NCBI GenBank assembly: GCA_964527485.1
Contig: CAZGPJ010000002.1
Span: 1 to 34,026, forward strand
DNA: 34,026 bases
DNA from: an uncultured Candidatus Saccharibacteria bacterium
GTDB taxonomy: Bacteria > Patescibacteriota > Saccharimonadia > Saccharimonadales > SLHW01
Direction: 5' to 3'
Shown here piece by piece: positions 25,312 through 33,770 of the stretch. How positions within the stretch are numbered: position 1 is the first letter of the stretch; each line of letters opens with the position of its first letter. The notes under the pieces were generated by a model. That model saw nothing but the letters and a program-made list of their open reading frames with translations. It did no database searches and was not told the origin of the DNA. The position numbers were made by a program, and so were the translations under genes.

Positions 25312-26067
25312 CGCTCCGCACCGCGACGGGTACTTGTAACATGACTTTATAGGTCTGTAGACAGACCTCTGCGCCGCTTGTTAGGCTGTCTATGACATAT
25401 ACGAACAAATTACGAACATAATGATACGCTAAAAGACCGCATGTACGCATCACATATATGCAGTCGCACATGGCAAAAAAGTGCCACCATACAATAAGAC
25501 AGTATCCACGCAGCAGGTAACATACAAAAAACCTAGAAAGACAATGAGGCATAAACACCGAGATGAAATGCCAAGAAATAGAACAAAAACGCACACAAAC
25601 CAGCTAGCAGAGCACTACCCCGGAGCGCTAAGTGCAACGTCGCACAATATATCTTTTACGACGTTATATCCGTAGAGCCTCATGCATCAATGATCGTTCC
25701 ACTACGGGGGAATGTTCTCGCTTTGATCGATTCTTGTCGTGTTTTTATGTCGCAGTTTATTCTATCGTGCGCCTGTTGGTGCCCCTCAGCTATAGCACGC
25801 ACACTCGCACGATCTTGTGTTGAAATATACATCGTTTCTTGACTTATCCACAGTTATATCGCCCAATACGTGAAAACATTGTGTTTTGAGGTTCTCGCTC
25901 AATCAAAATTTGCAATTTCCCTACTTTCCTGTTTTATATATATTTTTTTTGACATTCCCCCACTTTTGTATGTTTATATGTTTTTTTGGTTTTTTCCCTG
26001 TACGCTATTCGAACAAAAAGCGAACACCTAGCAGGACAGGCTGGGGGACACTGTGTTGTGCGTAGTC

Positions 26068-27012
26068 TTATCGGTAGTAGGCTCTACCTGGTATGCGCAC
26101 GTCTATGTACTCATCGGGTCGCTCATTCTGCTGAATAACCCTCTCACGCACCGCAATAAAAGCTCCTGCCTGCTGACGAACGTCGCCTGTTATGTCGTAT
26201 TTGCCCACGTAGCCGTCCCCTTCCACCTCAACATGAAGCTCGTTCGCAACCGCCGGCAGACGCATGGTAGTTATTGATAGCTCGGCGCTTTCTAGCTGTC
26301 GCCTGATGCGATCAACAAACACGATAGTCTCGACGGGTAGCACTCGGCTTCCGGGGACTAAATCCAGCCCGACTTCATCTGTAATAACTGGAACATCGAC
26401 ACTGCCTCCATCTTCTGTTTCGGCTATGACAACTCCGCGCTCATCGACATAGTAGCTATTGTCCTCATCCGATGAATTCACGATCAGCTCAGGGGCTCGT
26501 GGAACGACCCGTAGGACGGGGCTTCTATCAAAAACGTGCAGCTGGAGAGCAGCTGCTTGAAGTTCGGGAAACTGCTCAAGCAGCTGGCGCTCGATGGCAG
26601 ATGTGTTAACGGTGAATTTACTCCGGTTGCGGATTTCATCATGAAGCGCAGCAGCCACCGTACTGCCGTAGTCTTCCGCGCGCAAGAAATTGTCTTCCAG
26701 CGATGATGTCATGTCGCGTGCGTCGTTTTGATAGGCAACGCGCACATGTACGTTGTCTGCATCAATAAGAGTACTCTGAAAGAGAAGCGCGCCGATGAGA
26801 AGAACTGTGATATAGAGCGGCACTTGCCGCCACACACTTTTCTTTTGGTTAAGATGCGACCGCTCTGAACCACGAGAAGTGTCTGGCGTTACAGGACTCC
26901 ATCGCGCACGGCTGTCTTTCACAGCCTCACGACCAGAAGGTTGAGGCTGCGCGGGTCGCGTTCGCGCACGCTGTTTTGTGTTGTTTTTTTTACGTAATTT
27001 CAGCTTTCTCAT
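26068..27012 (-). CDS. ftsQ: Cell division protein FtsQ/DivIB-like (POTRA)
   Basis: 314 aa. Basic N-tail, one TM (LYITVLLIGALLF), then a POTRA/FtsQ-like ectodomain. The position after murG fits, and the start overlaps the murG stop by 4 nt. Confidence 0.75.
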   Translation of the reverse strand: MRKLKLRKKNNTKQRARTRPAQPQPSGREAVKDSRARWSPVTPDTSRGSERSHLNQKKSVWRQVPLYITVLLIGALLFQSTLIDADNVHVRVAYQNDARDMTSSLEDNFLRAEDYGSTVAAALHDEIRNRSKFTVNTSAIERQLLEQFPELQAAALQLHVFDRSPVLRVVPRAPELIVNSSDEDNSYYVDERGVVIAETEDGGSVDVPVITDEVGLDLVPGSRVLPVETIVFVDRIRRQLESAELSITTMRLPAVANELHVEVEGDGYVGKYDITGDVRQQAGAFIAVRERVIQQNERPDEYIDVRIPGRAYYR

Positions 27013-28178
27013 GATGCTGACGGTGTATCCCCTTGAGCAACATCGAGCATCAGCAGAGCTATACTGCGACTCGCGTCAGTCTGTGCTAAGCGGTGAATCC
27101 CATTGGCGAGTTTTTTCTGCTTCTTATCAGATAGTAAGACATCTGATACCGCACGCAAAAGGACACTAGGATCAGAGACCATTTCGGCTTCGTCGATAAC
27201 CACCGCAGCGTTATGTGTGCGCACATAGTCGGCGTTTTTTATCTGATGCCCGCCTGCCAGATGCGGGCTCGGTATAACAATGCATGGCTTCGCCTGGACA
27301 GCAAATTCAGCCAAGGTATTTGCGCCTGCGCGTGTCACGATCACGTCAGCTGCACCGCTGTATTTGTACAATCCATCAAGAAACTCATGTATTTCCAATC
27401 GTTCAATGTCACTGCCCTGGTGAGAGTAAATCCCCTGATTGCCTTTCCCCACCTGGTGTATGACGTATACCCGTGGATCAAGCGCGACAATATCGCGCAC
27501 GACTGCCGCAACTGCACGGTTTATCTCCACTGCCCCACTACTCCCACCGGTTATAAAAAGAACTTTCGCTGTCGTATCAATCGCTAATTCATGCCGAAAC
27601 GAGGCTTGAGCATCTGCATCTACTTTTTGGTATTCATCACTCACGATTACCCCTGTTTGGCGCGTTTTCTCAGGCGGATAGTCATACGTCTCAATAGGCA
27701 TAGCAGTGGCATGCACTGTTACCCATCGACTGACCAGGCGATTCGCAAGACCAGCGATAGCATCGGAGTCATGCGTCACAATCGGAATACGATAGAGGGA
27801 TGCGGCCAGACCTATGGGCACGCCAACATAGCCACCCTTCAAGAAAACCGCCTGCGGCCGATGCACAGCCAATAGATAAAGTGCCTGCACGATACCGAGA
27901 GCAACAAACAGAATATCCCGTGTATTTAGTGCCAGCGTTCGTACGTCAGTCAGCTTCTGCAGCAGTGATTCACTATGATATCGTCGATATTTTCCCGAAA
28001 ATATTCGCCGTGTATGGTCTATATCTGGGTTGCCCTCAAGTACGTGAGCAAAGCGGCCGTTTCGTTCACCAACGTAGGTAATTTCAGTCGCAGGGGCAAG
28101 TCGCTTTATATCATGAGCGACGGATCGAATGGGCGTAATGTGTCCGCCCGTACCGCCGCCGCTGAGAAGTATTCTCAT
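27009..28178 (-). CDS. murG: UDP-GlcNAc:lipid I GlcNAc transferase MurG
   Basis: G-loop MRILLSGGGTGGHITP. The start is placed at ATG 28178, which has a perfect AAGGAG SD 7 nt upstream. The ORF track extends to 28205. Confidence 0.92.
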   Translation of the reverse strand: MRILLSGGGTGGHITPIRSVAHDIKRLAPATEITYVGERNGRFAHVLEGNPDIDHTRRIFSGKYRRYHSESLLQKLTDVRTLALNTRDILFVALGIVQALYLLAVHRPQAVFLKGGYVGVPIGLAASLYRIPIVTHDSDAIAGLANRLVSRWVTVHATAMPIETYDYPPEKTRQTGVIVSDEYQKVDADAQASFRHELAIDTTAKVLFITGGSSGAVEINRAVAAVVRDIVALDPRVYVIHQVGKGNQGIYSHQGSDIERLEIHEFLDGLYKYSGAADVIVTRAGANTLAEFAVQAKPCIVIPSPHLAGGHQIKNADYVRTHNAAVVIDEAEMVSDPSVLLRAVSDVLLSDKKQKKLANGIHRLAQTDASRSIALLMLDVAQGDTPSAS

Positions 28179-29412
28179 AACTTCGCTCCTTCCGTTTGCT
28201 GGCAAATCTTTTCCCTAGCATATCATCATGGACGGCATACGTCGTATAGCGAGAAATATTGAATACTAAACCAATGGCTGCCGTCACAAAGATAAGGCTT
28301 GTGCCACCATAACTAATAAACGGCAGAGTGATGCCCTTCAGCGGGAAGAGTCCAACCATTGCCATGACATTAATGAAAGCCTGTGTACTCAGCCAAGCCA
28401 GTATGCCAACGACGATAAGGCGACTATCAGCCGTGGGCGCACGCTCGATAATCCGCACTAGCCGTGTAAACAAAGTTACAAAAAGACCGATGACAAGCAC
28501 CACTCCCAGAAAACCAAACATCTCGGCAAGTACCGCAAAAATAGAGTCGTTAGCTGCCTCCGGCAGATACCCATAGGCCTGAGCACTGCGGTCGATACCC
28601 TTGCCGAACAATCCACCAGATCCGATAGCAATCAGCGCCTGGCAGGCCTGATACCCCTCCTCGAGACAATCGGCTTGCGGGTTCAAGAACGTTGCCACAC
28701 GCTCTTGACGATACGGGCTCACCGCCACGAGCAGTAGTCCGCCAATCAACACCGTCGCTATTCCAAGGCCGATCCAGCGAAAAGACACTCCTGCTACATA
28801 CAGCATAGCTACAACGACTGCAGCCACCACCCCAAAGGAGCCGAGGTCGCTTTGCAATACACCGATAATAAAACCAAGCACGAGCAATACAATTCCAACA
28901 GGCTGTAGAGTTTTCTTAACACTGTTGAGTTCGTTGTTGCGCTGCCGCACAGCCAGAAAACCAGATAACCAAATAATCAGAGCCAGCTTTACTAGCTCAA
29001 CTGATTGAAACGATAAGCCGCCAATTTGCACCCAGCGAGACGCATTCGCCCCCTGGTCGCCAATGAGCTGAGTCGCCAACAACGCAATAAGGCTGAGCAC
29101 AATCAGTGGCCGGGCAAAAGCACGCCACGCTGTAAATGGAATCTTGGACACAATGATAAATGCCAGCAAAGCCAAACCGATAGCCACCATTTGCCGGTAA
29201 ATAAAGTGCGTATCAGCAACTTCGGCCAAGGCTCCCAGACCAGGGCTCATGGCATAGATTACAATAAGGCCAACGGCGAGAAGTACAAGACTGATAATGC
29301 CGAGCGTATAATCTGGCCGATGGCGGCGTGCGCCCGGCTCATGTCCGAGAATTGAGTTTCTTTGGGTGGTGCGGCGTTTGTTTTTCATAAATGTTTTTTT
29401 GATTTTAACCAT
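28111..29412 (-). CDS. ftsW: SEDS-family peptidoglycan polymerase FtsW
   Basis: About 10 TM helices and a SEDS-like sequence throughout, in the dcw context. ATG 29412 is preferred over TTG 29421. Confidence 0.9.
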   Translation of the reverse strand: MVKIKKTFMKNKRRTTQRNSILGHEPGARRHRPDYTLGIISLVLLAVGLIVIYAMSPGLGALAEVADTHFIYRQMVAIGLALLAFIIVSKIPFTAWRAFARPLIVLSLIALLATQLIGDQGANASRWVQIGGLSFQSVELVKLALIIWLSGFLAVRQRNNELNSVKKTLQPVGIVLLVLGFIIGVLQSDLGSFGVVAAVVVAMLYVAGVSFRWIGLGIATVLIGGLLLVAVSPYRQERVATFLNPQADCLEEGYQACQALIAIGSGGLFGKGIDRSAQAYGYLPEAANDSIFAVLAEMFGFLGVVLVIGLFVTLFTRLVRIIERAPTADSRLIVVGILAWLSTQAFINVMAMVGLFPLKGITLPFISYGGTSLIFVTAAIGLVFNISRYTTYAVHDDMLGKRFASKRKERSYENTSQRRRYGRTHYAHSIRRS

Positions 29413-29434
29413 AGCTACCAACTCGTCAATTGAG

Positions 29435-30478
29435 CTAGTAGATACGTCCGAAAATATACACGATCAAACCGAGGACAGCAGACACTTGCCCCAATATCCA
29501 AAAACGCATCGTAACTTTTGTCTCCGGCCAGCCCATTGCTTCAAAGTGATGATGAATCGGCGATGATAAAAATACGCGCTTTCCGCCGCGTAGCTTCTTC
29601 GAAAGACGATTAATAATAACTGACCCCGTCTCAGCAACATAGACTAGCCCAATTACTGGTAAAACATAGATTGTGTCTGTCTGCATAGCAATGACACCGA
29701 GAGCTGTGCCAAGCGAAAACGAACCGACGTCTCCCATAAAAAACCGAGCCGGGTAGATGTTAAACCACGTATAGCTCAGCAGCGCACCGACTATACTCAA
29801 ACTGAAAGCGGCAAGCGCGTATTGACCTTGGATCAAAGCAATAACCGTATATACAGAGAAAGAAGAGACAAGTAAACCGCCAGCCAAACCGTCTAGTCCG
29901 TCGGTAATGTTCACCGCGTTGGCCGTGGCTATGACCACAAACCAGAAAAGTAAAATAATACCAAAGCCGAGGACAAGCTCGCCGAGAAACGGAATACTAA
30001 TACTCGAAACGTCTAATTTGGCAAAGAACCACCAACCGCCAACCAGCGCCACTGCGCTGTGGAGGGTAAATTTAATCTTGGCCTGCATGCCAGCAAGCGC
30101 AGTATTCTTGCCGCGAATATTAATCCAGTCATCGACAAAACCAATCAGGCCTGAGCCGACCATAGCTGCCAGTGGTAACCACGTTTGCCCCCTATCTAGA
30201 TTGAGGAGTATCGTCACCAGGAAAACACTGGCAACGAAAATAACCCCAGCCATAGTCGGTATGTTGCGTTTGTGTTTTTCGGCATGAAGCTTCTTGTATA
30301 CGCTTGCTTCCCCGCCAGACCACGCTTCTGTACGTTGCTTCTTCCACCATTCCCCGCGAAATGCGATAGTGGTATATACAGGCGTCAGCAGCATGCTCAC
30401 AACAAAAGATATAAACCCGAGAAGTAATATCTGCAGGACGACACCGGTTTCAGCAATAATTTCGATTGTTTCTATCAT
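29435..30478 (-). CDS. mraY: Phospho-N-acetylmuramoyl-pentapeptide transferase MraY
   Basis: 347 aa with NAVNITDGLDGLA and HHHFE motifs. AAGGAG SD upstream. Confidence 0.95.
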   Translation of the reverse strand: MIETIEIIAETGVVLQILLLGFISFVVSMLLTPVYTTIAFRGEWWKKQRTEAWSGGEASVYKKLHAEKHKRNIPTMAGVIFVASVFLVTILLNLDRGQTWLPLAAMVGSGLIGFVDDWINIRGKNTALAGMQAKIKFTLHSAVALVGGWWFFAKLDVSSISIPFLGELVLGFGIILLFWFVVIATANAVNITDGLDGLAGGLLVSSFSVYTVIALIQGQYALAAFSLSIVGALLSYTWFNIYPARFFMGDVGSFSLGTALGVIAMQTDTIYVLPVIGLVYVAETGSVIINRLSKKLRGGKRVFLSSPIHHHFEAMGWPETKVTMRFWILGQVSAVLGLIVYIFGRIY

Positions 30479-30503
30479 ACTAAGTTACTCCTTTAGTGTA
30501 GCA

Positions 30504-32273
30504 TTACTCTGGTTTTGGTTGAAGGTCGTAGGAATCAATCATAACTTCGACAAGCTGTGTAAAGATGGGTCCGGCGGCAGTCGACCCCGCATAGCCGGCA
30601 ATACTCGGATCATCTACTCGAGCTATGATGACGTATGTCTGCTCACTCCCCTCAACAAAACCAATGAACGTACCGTTAAAACGATCCTCGTAATAGCCGC
30701 CTTCCCCGTCGGGCACCTGAGCTGTACCGGTCTTACCACCAATCCTGTAGCCCTCACGCAAACCATCCATGCCGTACGTTCGATAGTTCTTGGTAAAAGC
30801 GTTCTCCAGAAGATCGCGTATATCTTGACTGACATCAGCTGATATAACATCCGTCTGACGCACAATCGGCTCGCTAGCGTCGCCTCCATTGACAGCATCA
30901 ACCAGTCGCGGTTGGTAGTATGTCCCGCCGTTCACAAGCGCGGAAAAAGCGCTGGCTGCCTGAAGCGGCGTCGCGGTCATGCCCTGACCAAATGCCGTGT
31001 TGGCATACTGGATATTCAGGCCATAGCCATCAACTGGTGATGGCACCGTACCGCTCGCTTCATAGCCTTGCTCAATACCTGTTTTCTCGCCAAAAAAGTA
31101 CTTTTGCGTCATATACGAGTGCCACGTGGTGCGCGCCTGCTCATTGATTTCACCGCCGCCCATCTGCTTCATCAACCAGGTGGCCCCTGTGTTTAGCGAT
31201 AGCTGGAGAATGTCTTCCATGCTCCGCGTGCCAACGCCACTCGACTCAGCAACGTTCGTAATAGTTGCTCCATCTACAGTAAACTGATTCGGGTCATAAT
31301 AGGTTGTGTTTTTTTGTACGACCCCTTCATTCAAGGCCGCCGCCATCGTCAAGGGCTTCATAATCGAACCAATCTCCAGTGGCGCAGAAACTGCAGCATT
31401 GGTAAACACATGACTATCTTCTTGTGACACTTCAGCAAAACGAGCTGGGTCGTAGCTCGGGAGATTAGCCATAGCCTTAACGGCGCCGGTTTGCGCATCA
31501 AGTATGACAGCTGCGCCACTGTCAGAACCAGCATTTTCTAGACCCTCTTCAAGAATTCGTTCCAGTTGAGCTTGCAAGCCGACATCTATCGTCAGTAGCA
31601 CCCGGTCCCCCTGCTCTGGCTCAGTCCGCACATTCTCTGGATTGGCCGCCAGTGGTATACCGCGCGCATCAGTGATAGCGCGGAGTTGACCTGGTGTACC
31701 ACGTAGCTGCTCATCAAGTGCCTGCTCGATGCCATAAACGCCTTCATTGGCGTCGTTTACGAAGCCCAGAACCTGAGCCGCTAGAGTCCTTTGCGGGTAG
31801 GCCCGCGTCGGCTCATCGCGTAGGCCGACACCTTTCAGCTCTAGCGCTTCAATTGCTTCTGCTTTCTCTTCAGAAAGTTTTTTGGCGATGATTTCGTAGC
31901 GGCTATCTTCGTCCATGCGCTGGATCAATTCTTCCTTTGTTACATCCAGGCTTGGCAGCTCCGCCAGCAGCGCGTTAGCCGTCGCCTCTCTATCATCAAT
32001 ATGCAACGGGTCAATGAACAGGGTGTATTTCATTTCATTCAAAACAATCGGTACGACGCGCTGACCATCATGCGCCTCGATAACCCCGCGGGATGCCGGA
32101 ATCTCGTACTCCTTGAACTGACCGCTGCGCGCAGCCGAAGTATAGTAATCGTGCTGAATAACCTGGAGATAAAACACACGCACCAGAACCACACAAGACA
32201 ACAAAAGAAGCAAAACGTACCATACGCGGGTACGTGCAATCGGGTTTGTCTGTTTTGTCTGGGTCTCGTACAT
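30504..32273 (-). CDS. ftsI: Class B penicillin-binding protein / transpeptidase FtsI
   Basis: 589 aa. N-terminal TM, PBP dimerisation region, and transpeptidase motifs SIMK (SxxK), SLN (SxN) and KTGT. Confidence 0.93.
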   Translation of the reverse strand: MYETQTKQTNPIARTRVWYVLLLLLSCVVLVRVFYLQVIQHDYYTSAARSGQFKEYEIPASRGVIEAHDGQRVVPIVLNEMKYTLFIDPLHIDDREATANALLAELPSLDVTKEELIQRMDEDSRYEIIAKKLSEEKAEAIEALELKGVGLRDEPTRAYPQRTLAAQVLGFVNDANEGVYGIEQALDEQLRGTPGQLRAITDARGIPLAANPENVRTEPEQGDRVLLTIDVGLQAQLERILEEGLENAGSDSGAAVILDAQTGAVKAMANLPSYDPARFAEVSQEDSHVFTNAAVSAPLEIGSIMKPLTMAAALNEGVVQKNTTYYDPNQFTVDGATITNVAESSGVGTRSMEDILQLSLNTGATWLMKQMGGGEINEQARTTWHSYMTQKYFFGEKTGIEQGYEASGTVPSPVDGYGLNIQYANTAFGQGMTATPLQAASAFSALVNGGTYYQPRLVDAVNGGDASEPIVRQTDVISADVSQDIRDLLENAFTKNYRTYGMDGLREGYRIGGKTGTAQVPDGEGGYYEDRFNGTFIGFVEGSEQTYVIIARVDDPSIAGYAGSTAAGPIFTQLVEVMIDSYDLQPKPE

Positions 32274-32318
32274 AAAAACGTGCCTTTGTAAGTCGTTACA
32301 GCGACGACAAGCCGCTGA

Positions 32319-32663
32319 TTATTGAACGATGGCCTCGGGTTGTGCGGGCACGAGTCCTTGGGCTACACCACTATTCTGGATACGGTCAACTGATTGCAGT
32401 CGTGCCGCATTTAGCTCGAGCTCTTCCTGCTCGCTCACGAGCTGTGACTGCTGCGTTTCCAGTGTATCAATCTCAAACCCGTAGGCATTCGTTTTTGTTA
32501 CTTGTGACAGATAGAGCAAGCCAAGTAGACACACGAGTACCACGAGGATAATCGTATTGCTAACTGGCCCGATGCTCCGTGCCTGAGTTCGATACGCCGT
32601 CACATTCTTGTTGCGACCCATAGCGCGCTGTCGACCGACCGCGAGTGAACTTGAATATGTCAT
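32319..32663 (-). CDS. ftsL: FtsL-like small bitopic division protein
   Basis: One TM (IILVVLVCLLGLLYL) followed by a coiled-coil-like segment, positioned between rsmH and ftsI. The start is placed at ATG 32663. The ORF-track extension to 32744 runs through a 12 bp stem-loop. Confidence 0.65.
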   Translation of the reverse strand: MTYSSSLAVGRQRAMGRNKNVTAYRTQARSIGPVSNTIILVVLVCLLGLLYLSQVTKTNAYGFEIDTLETQQSQLVSEQEELELNAARLQSVDRIQNSGVAQGLVPAQPEAIVQ

Positions 32664-32695
32664 AAATCTACCATTTTTGTTTTTCGTATTTTGGA

Positions 32696-32742
32696 GCCTG
32701 GTGCTTAAAACCTCGAAAGGAAACCAAATATAAGCACCAGGC
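32696..32742 (-). promoter_or_regulatory. Intra-operon stem-loop between rsmH and ftsL
   Basis: Perfect 12 bp stem gcctggtgctta / taagcaccaggc with a 23 nt loop that holds a small cct-cgaa-agg hairpin. There is no U tract on either strand. Confidence 0.5.
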
Positions 32743-32825
32743 AAACCACTAATCGCTTACTACATGACGCGGACGCGTACTTTGTAAGCTCGGGAGAGGT
32801 TTTTTACCTGAATTGGCATAATCCT

Positions 32826-33770
32826 CTATCCCCTTTCTGTTCGGAAGCTTTTGATGCTTCCTTTTTTGTTGTTGTTTTTTATTTTCGCTGCGGCTCGTAA
32901 CTTTGCGCTACGGGCTCGCGGATTAAAAACTAATTCATCTTGCGCGGCGGTCACTGGTCGTTTTGTCAGGAGCTGAAGGTCGGCTTCGTAGGCATGCTTT
33001 GATCGCTGAGCGAACAGCTGCTTTACGACACGGTCTTCTAAGCTGTGGAAGCTGATCACAACGATTCGTCCACCAGGGTTGAGTAGCGCCAGCCACTCAG
33101 GCAGAGCTGTTTGCAGCTGCCCTATCTCGTCATTCACAGCTATGCGAATAGCCTGAAATGTCCGGATAGCTGGATGCTGCTTGCTCCAACCAGGCCATAC
33201 AGCGGCTGCTGCATCGGCTAGATCTTTGGTGGTACGTAGTGGTCGCTTGGCCACAATCCGTTTGGCAATCGCTCGCGCTTTGGGCTCTTCGCCATATCGA
33301 CGCAGAATGTCAGTTAATTCCTCTTCACTATAGGTGTTGAGAATGACGTCTGCGCTCAACGTTTGGCGCTGATCCATGCGCATATCGAGCGGTGCTTCGT
33401 GTCGGATGCTAAAACCACGACTCGCCTTGTCAAGGTGCGGTGACGATATGCCCAGGTCTGCCAAAATACAATCAAATGTCTGTTGCTCTTCGCGGAGCTG
33501 CTTGCTGGCCGTATAAAAATCCGCATGACGGATGTCTATAGGGTCTTGTGCAAACGTCGCCTGAAGGTGCTCAATCGCCTGCTCGTCTCTATCGACAAGC
33601 ACTGCTTTTGCCGCATGGGTTCGATGCAATACTTCCCTGGCGTGTCCGCCATACCCTGCTGTTAAGTCAAGGTAGCTCTCGCCCGGCTGCGGGTCAAGAT
33701 ACTGGATTACTTCATCGAGTAATACGGGTAGATGTTTGGTGTGTGTTTTTTTATTTTGGTTTTGGTGCAT
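32826..33770 (-). CDS. rsmH: 16S rRNA (cytosine1402-N4)-methyltransferase RsmH/MraW
   Basis: 314 aa with HLPVLLDEV, DLTAGYGGHA, DLGISS and SFHSLEDR motifs. Confidence 0.95.
   Translation of the reverse strand: MHQNQNKKTHTKHLPVLLDEVIQYLDPQPGESYLDLTAGYGGHAREVLHRTHAAKAVLVDRDEQAIEHLQATFAQDPIDIRHADFYTASKQLREEQQTFDCILADLGISSPHLDKASRGFSIRHEAPLDMRMDQRQTLSADVILNTYSEEELTDILRRYGEEPKARAIAKRIVAKRPLRTTKDLADAAAAVWPGWSKQHPAIRTFQAIRIAVNDEIGQLQTALPEWLALLNPGGRIVVISFHSLEDRVVKQLFAQRSKHAYEADLQLLTKRPVTAAQDELVFNPRARSAKLRAAAKIKNNNKKGSIKSFRTERG

Noticed and set aside
25402-25418. LexA/Cheo SOS box (CGAAC-N4-GTTCG)
   Set aside because: The CGAACA copies are direct repeats, not inverted, so they do not form the palindromic SOS operator.
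25844-25852. Perfect DnaA box TTATCCACA next to an AT-rich tract: possible oriC
   Set aside because: There is only one consensus box. The next best, gtatccacg at about 25502, has 2 mismatches. One 9-mer hit is expected with probability of about 0.25 in this window. There is no dnaA or dnaN nearby, the genes converge here rather than diverge, and hand counts show C>G on both halves with no GC-skew flip.
32664-32744. N-terminal extension of the ftsL-like ORF
   Set aside because: The extension would be translated through a perfect 12 bp stem-loop. It adds a non-FtsL-like hydrophobic/aromatic peptide before the cytoplasmic basic segment.
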